A stretch of DNA of 64,000 nt. Source: Candidatus Aenigmatarchaeota archaeon (lineage in GTDB: Archaea; Aenigmatarchaeota; Aenigmatarchaeia; PWEA01). The stretch's first letter is position 1. Each line of letters starts with the position of its first letter. The position numbers were made by a program, and so were the translations under genes. Below are positions 20,383 to 32,144 of the stretch, in pieces. The DNA is taken from NCBI GenBank assembly GCA_046539325.1, contig JBKHHD010000002.1:32001-96000 (forward strand), in the 5' to 3' direction. The notes under the pieces were generated by a model. It saw nothing but the letters and a program-made list of their open reading frames with translations. It did not search any database and was not told where the DNA came from.

Positions 20383-20775
20383 ATGCCACACAAGTGCTTG
20401 AACTGCGGGAAGACACTCGAGGAAGATTCGGACGAGCTTATGGAAGGCTGTAGTAACTGCGGCCAGAAGCTGTTCGTTTTCGAAGGCGATAAGGACATAA
20501 GTGATAGTGAAAGAGACTCTATAGTTCAGGACGTGGAGGAGTTCATGGACAACCTTGAAGAGGAAGAAGAAGCAAAGAAGAGGCTTCAGGAAGCGATGGA
20601 GTTCGACCTCGAATCGATAAAGGTAGAGGAACCAGGCGTTTACGAGATAAACCTGAGGAAGCTTCTTGAGGAGATTCCACTTATTGTGGAGATGAAGGAA
20701 GGCGAGTACTACATATACCTACCTTCTGCCTTCAGTAAGGATAGGAAGAACATACGTATAGACGACCTGGTTTAA
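20383..20775 (+). CDS. oapC: DUF2072 Zn-ribbon protein (OapC)
   Basis: MPHKC..CG...GC..CG, ESI...PGVYEINL, G.Y.I.L. Confidence 0.85.
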   Translation: MPHKCLNCGKTLEEDSDELMEGCSNCGQKLFVFEGDKDISDSERDSIVQDVEEFMDNLEEEEEAKKRLQEAMEFDLESIKVEEPGVYEINLRKLLEEIPLIVEMKEGEYYIYLPSAFSKDRKNIRIDDLV

Positions 20776-20824
20776 GGAACTCCGGTACTAGCTTATTTAA
20801 TTGTTGAAACCAAAGATATTTTCT

Positions 20825-22102
20825 ATGAAATTTGAAAGTTTGAAGGGTTTCCGGGACTTTTTGCCCGAGGAGATGGTTGCAAGAAGGGAGGTCTTCGATA
20901 GAGTTGAGAATGTTGTAGGGAAGTTCGGCTTCAGGGAGATAGATCTTCCTTCCCTGGAAAAAAGGAAGCTGTTCGAGGTGAAGAGCGGGGAAGAGCTAGT
21001 TGACCAGACATACAGCTTCAAGGACAAGGGCGAAAGGAATGTAACCTTGATTCCTGAGCAGACTCCGTCCCGAGCCAGACTGTTAGCGCAGGAGAAGTCG
21101 TTGAACCGGCCCGTGAAGTGGTACTCCACATCGAAGCGCTGGCGCTACGAGCAGACGCAGAAGGGAAGGCTGAGGGAGTTCTATCAAACGGATATAGACA
21201 TCTTCGGCGCGAACAGCGTGGAGGCAGACGCGGAAATACTTGCAGTCCTGGTCGAGATTATGGACGAGCTGGAGGTATTGGACGCTGTGGACGTTCTCGT
21301 AAACGACAGAAACCTTATGGAAGAGGTACTGGAAGAAGAAGGCACCGAAGAGAAGAGAAAGGTCATGGAAATTATAGACGACAAGGAGAAGATGAAAAGA
21401 GAAGAGTTTATGGAAGAGCTGATGGACATCGGACTTGGCAAGGAGGAAAGTGAGAGGATAGAGGAGCTCACCTCTATCAGCGGGCCGATTGGACAGAAGC
21501 TGGGGGAGGTAGAAGAGCTTGTATCAGAGGATAACAAAGCTCTGGAGAGGATGATGGAGCTGAAGGAAATTCTCAAGAGCTACGGTGTTCTTGACAAGGT
21601 AAAGCTGGACATGTCGATAGTCCGCGGCTTGGACTACTACACAGGCCTCGTGTTCGAAGTTTTTGATAAGAAAGGTGAGCTGCGCGCTATATGCGGCGGT
21701 GGTAGGTACGACGAGCTTGTTGAGCTTTTCGGCGGTGAAAGTGTTCCTGCAGTTGGCTTCGCGATAGGGGACGCGGTTATCGAGGAGCTTATGAGAAGAG
21801 AAGATGTTTGGCCTGAGGAAGAGCTAGAAACGGACGTGTACGTGCTTCCTGTATCTGATGAAATCCGCGAGGAAGCTACGGACATTGTCAGAAAGTTGAG
21901 GGACGAAGAGCTGATTGTTGAAACCGACCTCAAGAACAGGAACGTTTCGGCGCAGCTGAACTACGCTAATTCGATAGGCGCAGACAAGGTAATTATAGTT
22001 GGTGAAAGGGACCTGAAAGAAGGTAAGGTAACAGTAAAAGACATGGAGTCGGGAGACGAAAAACTAATAAGTTTGGAGGAAGTAGTTGAGAAAGTCAAAT
22101 AA
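20825..22102 (+). CDS. hisS: Histidine-tRNA ligase
   Basis: KGFRDFLP, PE.T, RYE..QKGRLREFYQ, RGLDYYTG, GGGRYD. Confidence 0.97.
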   Translation: MKFESLKGFRDFLPEEMVARREVFDRVENVVGKFGFREIDLPSLEKRKLFEVKSGEELVDQTYSFKDKGERNVTLIPEQTPSRARLLAQEKSLNRPVKWYSTSKRWRYEQTQKGRLREFYQTDIDIFGANSVEADAEILAVLVEIMDELEVLDAVDVLVNDRNLMEEVLEEEGTEEKRKVMEIIDDKEKMKREEFMEELMDIGLGKEESERIEELTSISGPIGQKLGEVEELVSEDNKALERMMELKEILKSYGVLDKVKLDMSIVRGLDYYTGLVFEVFDKKGELRAICGGGRYDELVELFGGESVPAVGFAIGDAVIEELMRREDVWPEEELETDVYVLPVSDEIREEATDIVRKLRDEELIVETDLKNRNVSAQLNYANSIGADKVIIVGERDLKEGKVTVKDMESGDEKLISLEEVVEKVK

Positions 22103-22107
22103 CGTGT

Positions 22108-22181
22108 GGCCGGGATGGTGTAGCGGTTTAGCACGAGGGCCTGTGGAGCCCTTAGCCCGGGTTCGAATCTCGGTCCCGGCC
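22108..22181 (+). tRNA. tRNA-His(GTG) with encoded G-1
   Basis: G+GCCGGGA/TCCCGGC+C acceptor; AGGGC-CTGTGGA-GCCCT anticodon arm; starts 6 nt after the hisS stop. Confidence 0.95.
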
Positions 22182-22255
22182 CTTTTTCTTGACCTTTAAA
22201 TAGTTCCAATGTTAATCTAGAGCTGCGCGGTTTTTGGTGGGGTTGCCGTAAGATA

Positions 22256-22261
22256 TTTAAA
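22256..22261 (+). promoter_or_regulatory. TATA box of the rRNA operon
   Basis: TTTAAA about 30 nt before the structured leader. Confidence 0.55.
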
Positions 22262-22292
22262 CCTCACTCTGAATTACTTTACGCTGTTAAGG

Positions 22293-22435
22293 CGTGCCGG
22301 CGTAGTTGAGCCTTGGACGTTCTGACGTCCAGCGATGACCAAAATTCCAGGCACGAACAAATGATGAGGAAGGGAGTTCAATCTCTTCTGATGTAGGAAA
22401 CCCGAGAATGAAACCGAGAGGTTTCAGTAGCCAAA
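22293..22435 (+). ncRNA. Pre-rRNA leader with K-turn/C-D motifs and BHB processing stem
   Basis: ATGATGA(22361-67)...CTGA(22388-91); TTGA...GATGAC. AGCC-AAA (22429-35) pairs with GGCT-AAA (24778-84) around the 16S. Confidence 0.7.
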
Positions 22436-23905
22436 TGTAGTTGGTGTGACGCGAGGACTAGTTTACTCTCTTACCAATTCCGGTTGATCCTGCCGGAGGC
22501 TACCGCTATCGGGATTCGATTTAGCCATGCGAGCCGAGGGTGGTTTATCCGCCCGGCGGACTGCTCAGTAACACGTAGTCAACCTCCCCTCAGGACGAGT
22601 ATAACCCCGGGAAACTGGGACTAATACTCGATAGGAAAGGGATACTGGAATGTTCCCTTTCTGAAATGTTCCGACGCCTGAGGATGGGACTGCGGTGGAT
22701 TAGGTCGTTGGGGGTGTAACGGACCTCCAAGCCTATAATCCATACGGGCGTTGAGAGACGGAGCCCGGAGACGGACTCTGAGACACGAGTCCGGGCCCTA
22801 CGGGGCGCAGCAGGCACGAAACTTTTACAATGCGTGAAAGCGCGATAAAGGGATCCCGAGCGCCTTGGCATTGCCAAGGCTTTTTTGGAGTGTAAAAAGC
22901 TCCACGAATAAGGGGTGGGAAAAACGGGTGCCAGCCGCCGCGGTAATACCCGTGCCCCAAGTGGTGACCACGATTATTGGGCCTAAAGCGTCCGTAGCCG
23001 GCCGGATGGGTCCTCAGTGAAATCCTGCGCTAAAACGTAGGACTTGCCGGGGAAACTATTCGGCTTGGGACCGGGAGAGGTCGGGGCTATTCCTGGGGTA
23101 GCGGTAAAATGCTGTAATCCCAGGAAGAGCGCCTGTGGCGAAAGCGCCCGGCTGGAACGGCTCCGACGGTGAGGGACGAAAGCCAGGGTAGCGAAGGGGA
23201 TTAGATACCCCCGTAGTCCAGGCCGTTAACGATGCCCGTTTGGTGTAGCATCTCCTACGTGGAGGCGCTGTGCCGTAGCGTAGGTGTTAAGCGGGCCGCC
23301 TGGGGAGTACGTCCGCAAGGATGAAACTTAAGGGAATTGGCGGGGAAGCACCACAAGCGGTGGAGGCTGCGGTTTAATTGGATTCAACGCCAGGAACGTT
23401 ACCAGCGCTGACAGCATGATGACGGTCCGCTTGAAGAGCGTACCTGAAGCGCTGAGAGGTGTTGCATGGCCATCGTCAGCTCGTACTGTGAAGCGTCCGG
23501 TTAAGTCCGGTAACGAGCAAGACCCACATCCCTAGTTGCTATCGTGTCCTTCGGGACGCGAGCACTCTAGGGAGACCGCCTCCGACAAGGGGGAGGAAGG
23601 TGTGGGCGACGGTAGGTCTGTATGGCCCGAATGCGCTGGGCTACACGCGGCCTACAATGGTCGGGGCAGCGGGTTGCGACTCCGAGAGGAGGAGCTAATC
23701 CCAAAACCCGGCCTTAGTTCGAATCGAGGGCTGAAACCCGCCCTCGTGAAGCCGGAATCGCTAGTAAGCGAGGGTCACTATCTCTCGCTGAATACGTCCC
23801 TGCTTCTTACACACACCGCCCGTCAAGCCATCCGAGTGGAGCCTTGATGAGGCTTGGGAAATTTTCTCAGGTCTAATCAGGGCTCCGCAAGGAGGGCTAA
23901 GTCGT

Positions 23906-24719
23906 AAATTAATTGCGACCTCGGACCGAAAGGTTCGAGAAAACCCGGCTGTATGCTGGAAACTCCACTCATACCAGGCTGCCGGAATTGTCCTAAGCTT
24001 TTTATCAAAAGCACGGGCAATGTAAGGTAGAGAGGTCTGGTCGTTGTGGACAATCAGCAGGGAAGCTCACTACTCTGACCTGAAAAGGTGAGGTATAGCC
24101 CCTCAGAGACTGCACGCCGGCCCCTAACGGAGCTGATTGGATGTCACAAAGCTACCTCAAGGGAATACTTCACGATGCCACGGAAAGGAAGTACACCTAC
24201 CGAATTTCACAAAAGAACAAAGATTTCATTGAAAAGCTGGCCGAAATGATTCGAGATCTGGGCAAAAAAGCCTGGATTTAAGAAGAAGGCAACCGAGGAA
24301 TATACGTAGTGGAATTTAGTAAGAGTGGTCTCAAAAAGCAAGAAATCGAAACAAGACAAGAAAAAAGAGACTATATCCGTGGCTACTTCGACGCTGAAGG
24401 AAGCGTTCCAAGGAGTCCTGAAGTGCGACCTTACATTTACTTCGCACAACAGGACAAAAAAGACCTAAAGAAAGTGAAGAAATTCATTGAGGAGTTTTAA
24501 ATTGAAACAGGCAAACTCCACAGACCCAGTAAGGAGTCTGATCCAGATTACTGGAGATTTTACATCTCCACAAAGGATCACAAAAAATTTGCCAGAGAAA
24601 TAGGCTCTTGGCATCCAAAGAAAAATCAGCTGCTGAGGGAGATGAGACAGTCCACGCCTCGATGCGAGTCGGGGTGACACTTTCAAAGTGTCCGAACACC
24701 ATTATGGTGTGAGCATGTG
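23906..24719 (+). mobile_element. Group I intron at 16S position 1498 (E. coli numbering)
   Basis: Exon ends in U and intron ends in G. P1 GUCGU/GCGAC with a U.G pair. Core elements: P TATGCTGGAAA, Q AATCAGCAG, R TCAGAGACTG, S GAGACAGTCC. Confidence 0.92.
24141..24677 (+). pseudogene. Intron-encoded LAGLIDADG homing endonuclease with two in-frame stops
   Basis: YLKGILHDA and YIRGYFDAEG motifs; TAA at 24279-81 and 24498-500 in an otherwise continuous frame. Confidence 0.85.
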
Positions 24720-24760
<41 letters not shown>

Positions 24761-24809
24761 AATTCATACCAACTACAGGCTAAAATTTCGGGTTTCCTAA
24801 AGAACATAC

Positions 24810-25018
24810 GGGCCCGTGGTCTAATGGCAATGCAGAACCGTGTTCCGATTTACGGTTTGCACCGGAATGACGTCGCCCTTGCAAGGCGAAGACTGTGGGT
24901 TCAAAAGAGACCACTTTGGAATGAAAACACTTTACTGAAAACGGAGTTTTCGTAAAGATCCAAGCTTCGTTTGAAATATTTTCCAAAGGGTTTTCTGGAA
25001 TTCCCACCGGGTCCACCA
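24810..25018 (+). tRNA. tRNA-Ala(TGC) with two non-canonical introns (21/22: 24830-24867; 59/60: 24906-25001), encoded CCA
   Basis: GGGCCCG/CGGGTCC acceptor; TCGCC-CTTGCAA-GGCGA. BHB-like junctions (TTCA/TGGA with AAA and ATT bulges) restore TTCAAAT. Confidence 0.88.
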
Positions 25019-25210
25019 GTACTGTTCGCGATTTTAGAAAGTTTTAAATAACTTCACTGTTACAGGACTTTTGAACCTGATACAGGCCTGATAAGATGAC
25101 TGGAAAGTAAGACTTGAAGGATTAGTTGCTTACTTCAGTCTGTTCTTTTTCGTTTTGTTGTATAGTTTTAATGTGCAGCTCTCTACCGCAGGTAGAGGGT
25201 GAAGAGTGAT

Positions 25211-25290
25211 AAGGGACGATGAATTGAGTTTTGTGAACACCCTTTGATCCCGAGAGGGAGATGATAGTAAGACGATCACAAGAGTCCCTT
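25211..25290 (+). ncRNA. Two-guide box C/D sRNA in the 16S-23S spacer, predicted targets 23S U2552 and U1920
   Basis: AAGGGAC/GTCCCTT terminal stem; C ATGAATT, D' TTGA, C' ATGATAG, D AAGA. Guides are complementary over 11 nt to 28002-28012 and 27367-27377. Confidence 0.8.
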
Positions 25291-25391
25291 GGATGAGCTG
25301 TTATACGTCAAGTCTTGGAAACTTATGTTTCCAGTTTGAAATCCGAGAGGATTTCAAGACCCACCAGCCAACTAGGCTGGAATGGGTCTAT

Positions 25392-28347
<2,956 letters not shown>

Positions 28348-28492
28348 CATGGACGCATTCCAGCCTGGGCTAAAGGTGGATCTTGAAATCAAGGAACACA
28401 AACTTAGAAACAGAGGTTTCCAAGACTTGGCGTATAGCAGCTGAAGCTCTTTTCTCATAAGATTTAAATTGTTAGAATCAAATGTTCCTACT

Positions 28493-28946
28493 GTGGTGAG
28501 CTGGAGAGGGACCACCGGGATAGTTTGGATGAGGTTGTTTTCCTTCACAGGAAACACCCTTGTATTCCCGGAGGAAGCTCCTCCCACCCGTTGTGCTGTA
28601 AAAGTGCAACGAGGCCCAGGCTCGCAAGAGTCCGTCCTGAGAGGGAACGGAACAGGGAACAGAAACGATACCCCCGCGCTGGAGCGTTGAAAGCTGAGAA
28701 GGCACGGAGGGATGGAACGTACCCTGATCTGGGTGGTGCAAGACCAAATAGGCTCCGGGAAATGGATGTGCCTTGCACGTCGGTCTCTTGGAGCGGGTAG
28801 GTCGCTATTTGGAGTCCGTGAGGGCTTCAAACTTGGAAGCATCTGCTTCCGAGAAGATGAATGTCCCGAAGACCTGACATGGACGCGGACTTCGTCCACG
28901 TCGTTTTTGGGTCCGAACAGAAGGAGGGCTACTCCCAGCACACCAC
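28493..28946 (+). ncRNA. rnpB: RNase P RNA
   Basis: P1 GTGGTG..GCTGG/CCAGC..CACCAC, CR-I GAGGAAGCTCCTCCCACC, AACAGAAAC, GGTGCAAG, CR-V AACAGAAGGAGGGCTA; TTTAAA promoter at 28463. Confidence 0.9.
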
Positions 28947-28973
28947 ACTATTTTCTCGCTTGGATTTTAGGCA

Positions 28974-29355
28974 CTACAGAACTTTACGCTTTATTCTTCT
29001 GTAATATCTGAGGAACAAACCTATAATAATCGAAAAGGCAGTAAATATCAGAAAGTAATAAGGTGGAAACAGCTCTTCGGGTGGGGCTGTTGGAGCTGGT
29101 CTTGTTTCGAGACCCAAAGTAAGTTGAAATAAGAGAATAGTGACGAATATAGTTAACAAAATCAAGGCCTTTCTCTGCATCTTGTCGTAACCTGTAAATA
29201 TAATATAAATTACTAAGACAAGACCAGCAAGTGGTAGTATGAGAGTAGAAGTAAAGCCGACAACAGGTCTAAGGGTTGAAGCTATGAAACCAAGTAAAAA
29301 TAAAAAATCCGAAAACTAAGAAGGATTTTCCGGCTTTCTCTGTAAAGTTTCTCAT
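28974..29355 (-). pseudogene. Small multi-TM membrane protein gene, frameshifted at an A6 tract
   Basis: Removing one base from the run at 29302-29307 joins ATG 29355 to ORF 28974-29180. Confidence 0.55.
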
Positions 29356-29538
29356 AATTATGTTTCAGTGTTTCTATTTAATTAATTTATTAAGGCACTA
29401 CACTTCCTTAATCTCTATATTCCACTCATCTTTAAGCTTACATACAGGTTATCTTCTGTCCTTCCACCCTCCTCAAATAAATACCTAAAATCTCATTGGT
29501 TGGTATTTCGCCGGCTTCACATGACACTCATAACCAGG

Positions 29539-29790
29539 TTATTCATTCATTCTAATTACTCTTTTTCTACTTGTTGAATACCTCTTGAACCCTGCATAGA
29601 GTAAGTTGGCAAGTCCCACTGTCCACCATCCCAAGAATAGGAATATCAAGAAGTGTGCTAATCCACTGCCATAAGAATATCTCTCCATCACTACTTTATG
29701 GTGAGCATCGGTCTTCACTTTCCAACCCTCTTCTATTAGGTCATTCTTCTTGTTTTCTAACTCCTCCTTTGAGTCAACAGTCAGAGCCAT
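29539..29790 (-). CDS. Small membrane protein
   Basis: SD GGGGAGGTGA; 'GWKV...GS..AH.L.....WWT.GL.NL.Y' pattern. Confidence 0.7.
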   Translation of the reverse strand: MALTVDSKEELENKKNDLIEEGWKVKTDAHHKVVMERYSYGSGLAHFLIFLFLGWWTVGLANLLYAGFKRYSTSRKRVIRMNE

Positions 29791-30147
29791 TTATCTATCA
29801 CCTCCCCCTTGACTTATCTATCATACTTGCATCTTTTACTAAAAAAGGTACTAAAGATATAAAAGATTAAGTTTCTTAAAATTCTTCTTCTGAACTAGGA
29901 AAGAACTAGAATATACGCCCAAACCAATACCCATAGAAGAATAAAGGATTTCAAGGACTACAACTTTTAAATAGATTCGTTTGTAAAACTATAGTGGAAG
30001 GTAACACAGGCCAGTGATCTAGGCGGTGAGGTACTTCCAGAAGATTGCACTATTTTCTTTCATGGATTTTAGGCACTACAGGTAGAGCTGCGGTGTTGTC
30101 TTCGGGTACCCAATGACTTAAGTATCTGTCTTCTTCAATACAAATCC

Positions 30148-31194
30148 ATGGAAAGTGAGAAGGAGTACATCAAGCCCGATATTGTAACATCTTCTGTCAG
30201 GAATGTTGAGCCGCTTAAGGAGAAGGACAAGGTTCCAGTTCTGAAGAAGGATGGAAGTCCGGAGCCTGGAGACGTAGCCGTTGCGAAGGTTGTCGAGGAA
30301 GGCGGAAGCTACGACGAGGCAGAGCTGGAGGGCGGTGAAATGGTAAAGCTGGAAGAGGGTGATTTAATTGTGGGCGTCCTGGGCGTGAGAAAAGCTGTCC
30401 GTGGCTTTGCCTCAAGAATACCTGAAAAACTGGAAAGGGGGGATCCCATCGACTTCGTCTCGTCAGGAGGCGTGATGGCGGAATGTTTGAGCTCGCCTGA
30501 AGAGCTCGGTAAGCCCTACCGTCTGGAGTTCAGAGGCTTCGTTGCAAACGATACAGGTAAGGTAAATATATCCGAATACTCGATAGATCTTCAGGACAAA
30601 CTAAAGGTGGACTGTCCTGTAGTCCTTGTTGCAAGCTCTAGAATGGACGCAGGTAAGACCACGTTATGTGCAGGGCTTATTGAAAAGTTCTCTGAAAGAG
30701 GTAAAAAGGTCGGAGCTGTAAAACTCACAGGGGTTACAAGGCAGAGGGACAACCTCAGCATGAAAGAAGCCGGGGCCATCTGCTCCTACGAGTTTACGGA
30801 CTGCGGGTTACCTTCTTCGACATGCAGTGCTGAAAAAGCTGTGAAGGCTAGCAAGGGGCTTATAAGCGAAGCTGCCGAAGGCGCGGACATCGTAGTCGCA
30901 GAGTTGGGTGCAGGTCTACTTTCCTCCTACAATGTTCTGGAAGTTTTGAAGGACGGAGAGATAAAGGAAGCATGTAGCAGCCTTATATTCATGTCCATAG
31001 ATCCTGTGGGCGCCTACGGAGGCTTGAGAATACTTAAGGACCATAGCTACAGGCCTGATGTAATCTCCGGGCCCACTACTGATACGGATGCAGGAAGGGA
31101 AAACATACGGAGGTTTACTGAAGTACCTGTCTTAAACGGGATACACGACATAGACAAAATATCCCAAATCATTTTCGAAAAGGTGTTTTCGTGA
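30148..31194 (+). CDS. DUF1611-like P-loop protein
   Basis: N-terminal beta domain, SRMDAGKTT, KLTG...RD, F.D.GLPS, VAELG.GL. Confidence 0.65.
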   Translation: MESEKEYIKPDIVTSSVRNVEPLKEKDKVPVLKKDGSPEPGDVAVAKVVEEGGSYDEAELEGGEMVKLEEGDLIVGVLGVRKAVRGFASRIPEKLERGDPIDFVSSGGVMAECLSSPEELGKPYRLEFRGFVANDTGKVNISEYSIDLQDKLKVDCPVVLVASSRMDAGKTTLCAGLIEKFSERGKKVGAVKLTGVTRQRDNLSMKEAGAICSYEFTDCGLPSSTCSAEKAVKASKGLISEAAEGADIVVAELGAGLLSSYNVLEVLKDGEIKEACSSLIFMSIDPVGAYGGLRILKDHSYRPDVISGPTTDTDAGRENIRRFTEVPVLNGIHDIDKISQIIFEKVFS

Positions 31195-32144
31195 GAAAGG
31201 TCGCTGTTCTCTGGGATGAAAGGTATATTTCTGAGGATGAAGTTCTCTTTGAAGACGAGAAGCTGAAGAAGACTATGGAATACTTCTGCAAACAAGGAGA
31301 AAGAAAAGGGCTGAAGGTCTACGTTTCGCACTTTTCTTCCTACGACAAAGGTAAGCTTGAACAGGCCTATACTTTTGATGGTCAGTGGAAAGAGGTAAAA
31401 AACATAGAGATAGATCTGGTCTTTGACAAGTTCTACTTCAACGAAGAGACGAAGGAGCTGAAGTACAGGATTGATGAAGAGGTAGGTATATTCAACCAGC
31501 CCGAGTTCGAGGAGTTCTGCAAGGACAAGTTCAAAGTCTACTGCACCTTCGCTGGTTACGTGCCCAAGACTGTCAGGGCAAATAAAAACGACCTCGATAA
31601 ACTTCTCGACGAGTTGATAACGGAAAATATAGTGGTGAAACCACGCTTCGGATCTGGAGGTGAGTCCGTTAAGATCGTGTCTAAGGACAAGGTTTCAAAA
31701 GCTCTGGAAGGCTTTGACGACGAAGAAATAAAGGAAGGTAATGTACTTCTACAGGAGTTCGTAGACTCCTCAAGAGGCATTCCATCCCTCGATGTAAACG
31801 GAGTCCATGATCTGCGAATTGTACTTGTAGACGGAAAGCCCTCCTATTCCTTTGTAAGGACTCCTGAAAGGGGAAAAATAAGCAACGTGAGCAGAGGCGG
31901 AAACATGGAAACTGTTTCCCTGGAAAACATCCCTGAGAAAACAATGGACGTGGTAAAAGAAATCGACAAAGTGATGTCAGATTACGATGACCGGATTTAC
32001 TCCATAGACTTCCTGTTCAGTGAAAGTGGGGAACCTTTCGTAGTGGAACTCAATTCAAAGCCCGGGATAAAGTTCAACGGAGAAGAAGTTACAAAGAGGA
32101 AGAAGAAGTTCATCCAGGATATAATTCAAGCACTGAGTTCCTAG
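31191..32144 (+). CDS. ATP-grasp peptide ligase (RimK/YheCD-like)
   Basis: DK, VKPRFGSGG, QEFVD, DLR, SNVSRGG, IDF, ELNSKPG. Confidence 0.85.
   Translation: MRKVAVLWDERYISEDEVLFEDEKLKKTMEYFCKQGERKGLKVYVSHFSSYDKGKLEQAYTFDGQWKEVKNIEIDLVFDKFYFNEETKELKYRIDEEVGIFNQPEFEEFCKDKFKVYCTFAGYVPKTVRANKNDLDKLLDELITENIVVKPRFGSGGESVKIVSKDKVSKALEGFDDEEIKEGNVLLQEFVDSSRGIPSLDVNGVHDLRIVLVDGKPSYSFVRTPERGKISNVSRGGNMETVSLENIPEKTMDVVKEIDKVMSDYDDRIYSIDFLFSESGEPFVVELNSKPGIKFNGEEVTKRKKKFIQDIIQALSS

Larger units (their letters stand above)
28946..30081. repeat. 34-bp direct repeats (28946-28979; 30048-30081) bounding an AT-rich islet
   Basis: CACTATTTTCTnnCnTGGATTTTAGGCACTACAG, 31/34 identical, last 19 bp exact. Partial copies near 29393 and 29946. 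Confidence 0.8.

Noticed and set aside
19367-20775. Replication origin next to oapABC
   Set aside because: No cdc6/orc1 gene, ORB repeats or long AT-rich gap adjacent in this window.
22293-22391. Leader K-turns as methylation guides
   Set aside because: I found no rRNA complement longer than about 7 nt in the right register; kept only as probable L7Ae sites.
24279-24500. In-frame TAA codons in the endonuclease as stop-codon recoding
   Set aside because: TAA terminates many conserved genes here (srp-adjacent genes, hisS, tuf, rps7); pseudogenisation is simpler.
24959-24974. TCCAAGCT in the tRNA-Ala intron complementary to the tRNA-Ser(GGA) anticodon arm
   Set aside because: Only 8 bp, and the D-5 position falls at the duplex edge (A29); likely chance.
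28946-30081. Repeats as a CRISPR array or integron attC sites
   Set aside because: Spacing is irregular and hundreds of bp; no cas or intI gene, and no attC-type inverted core.
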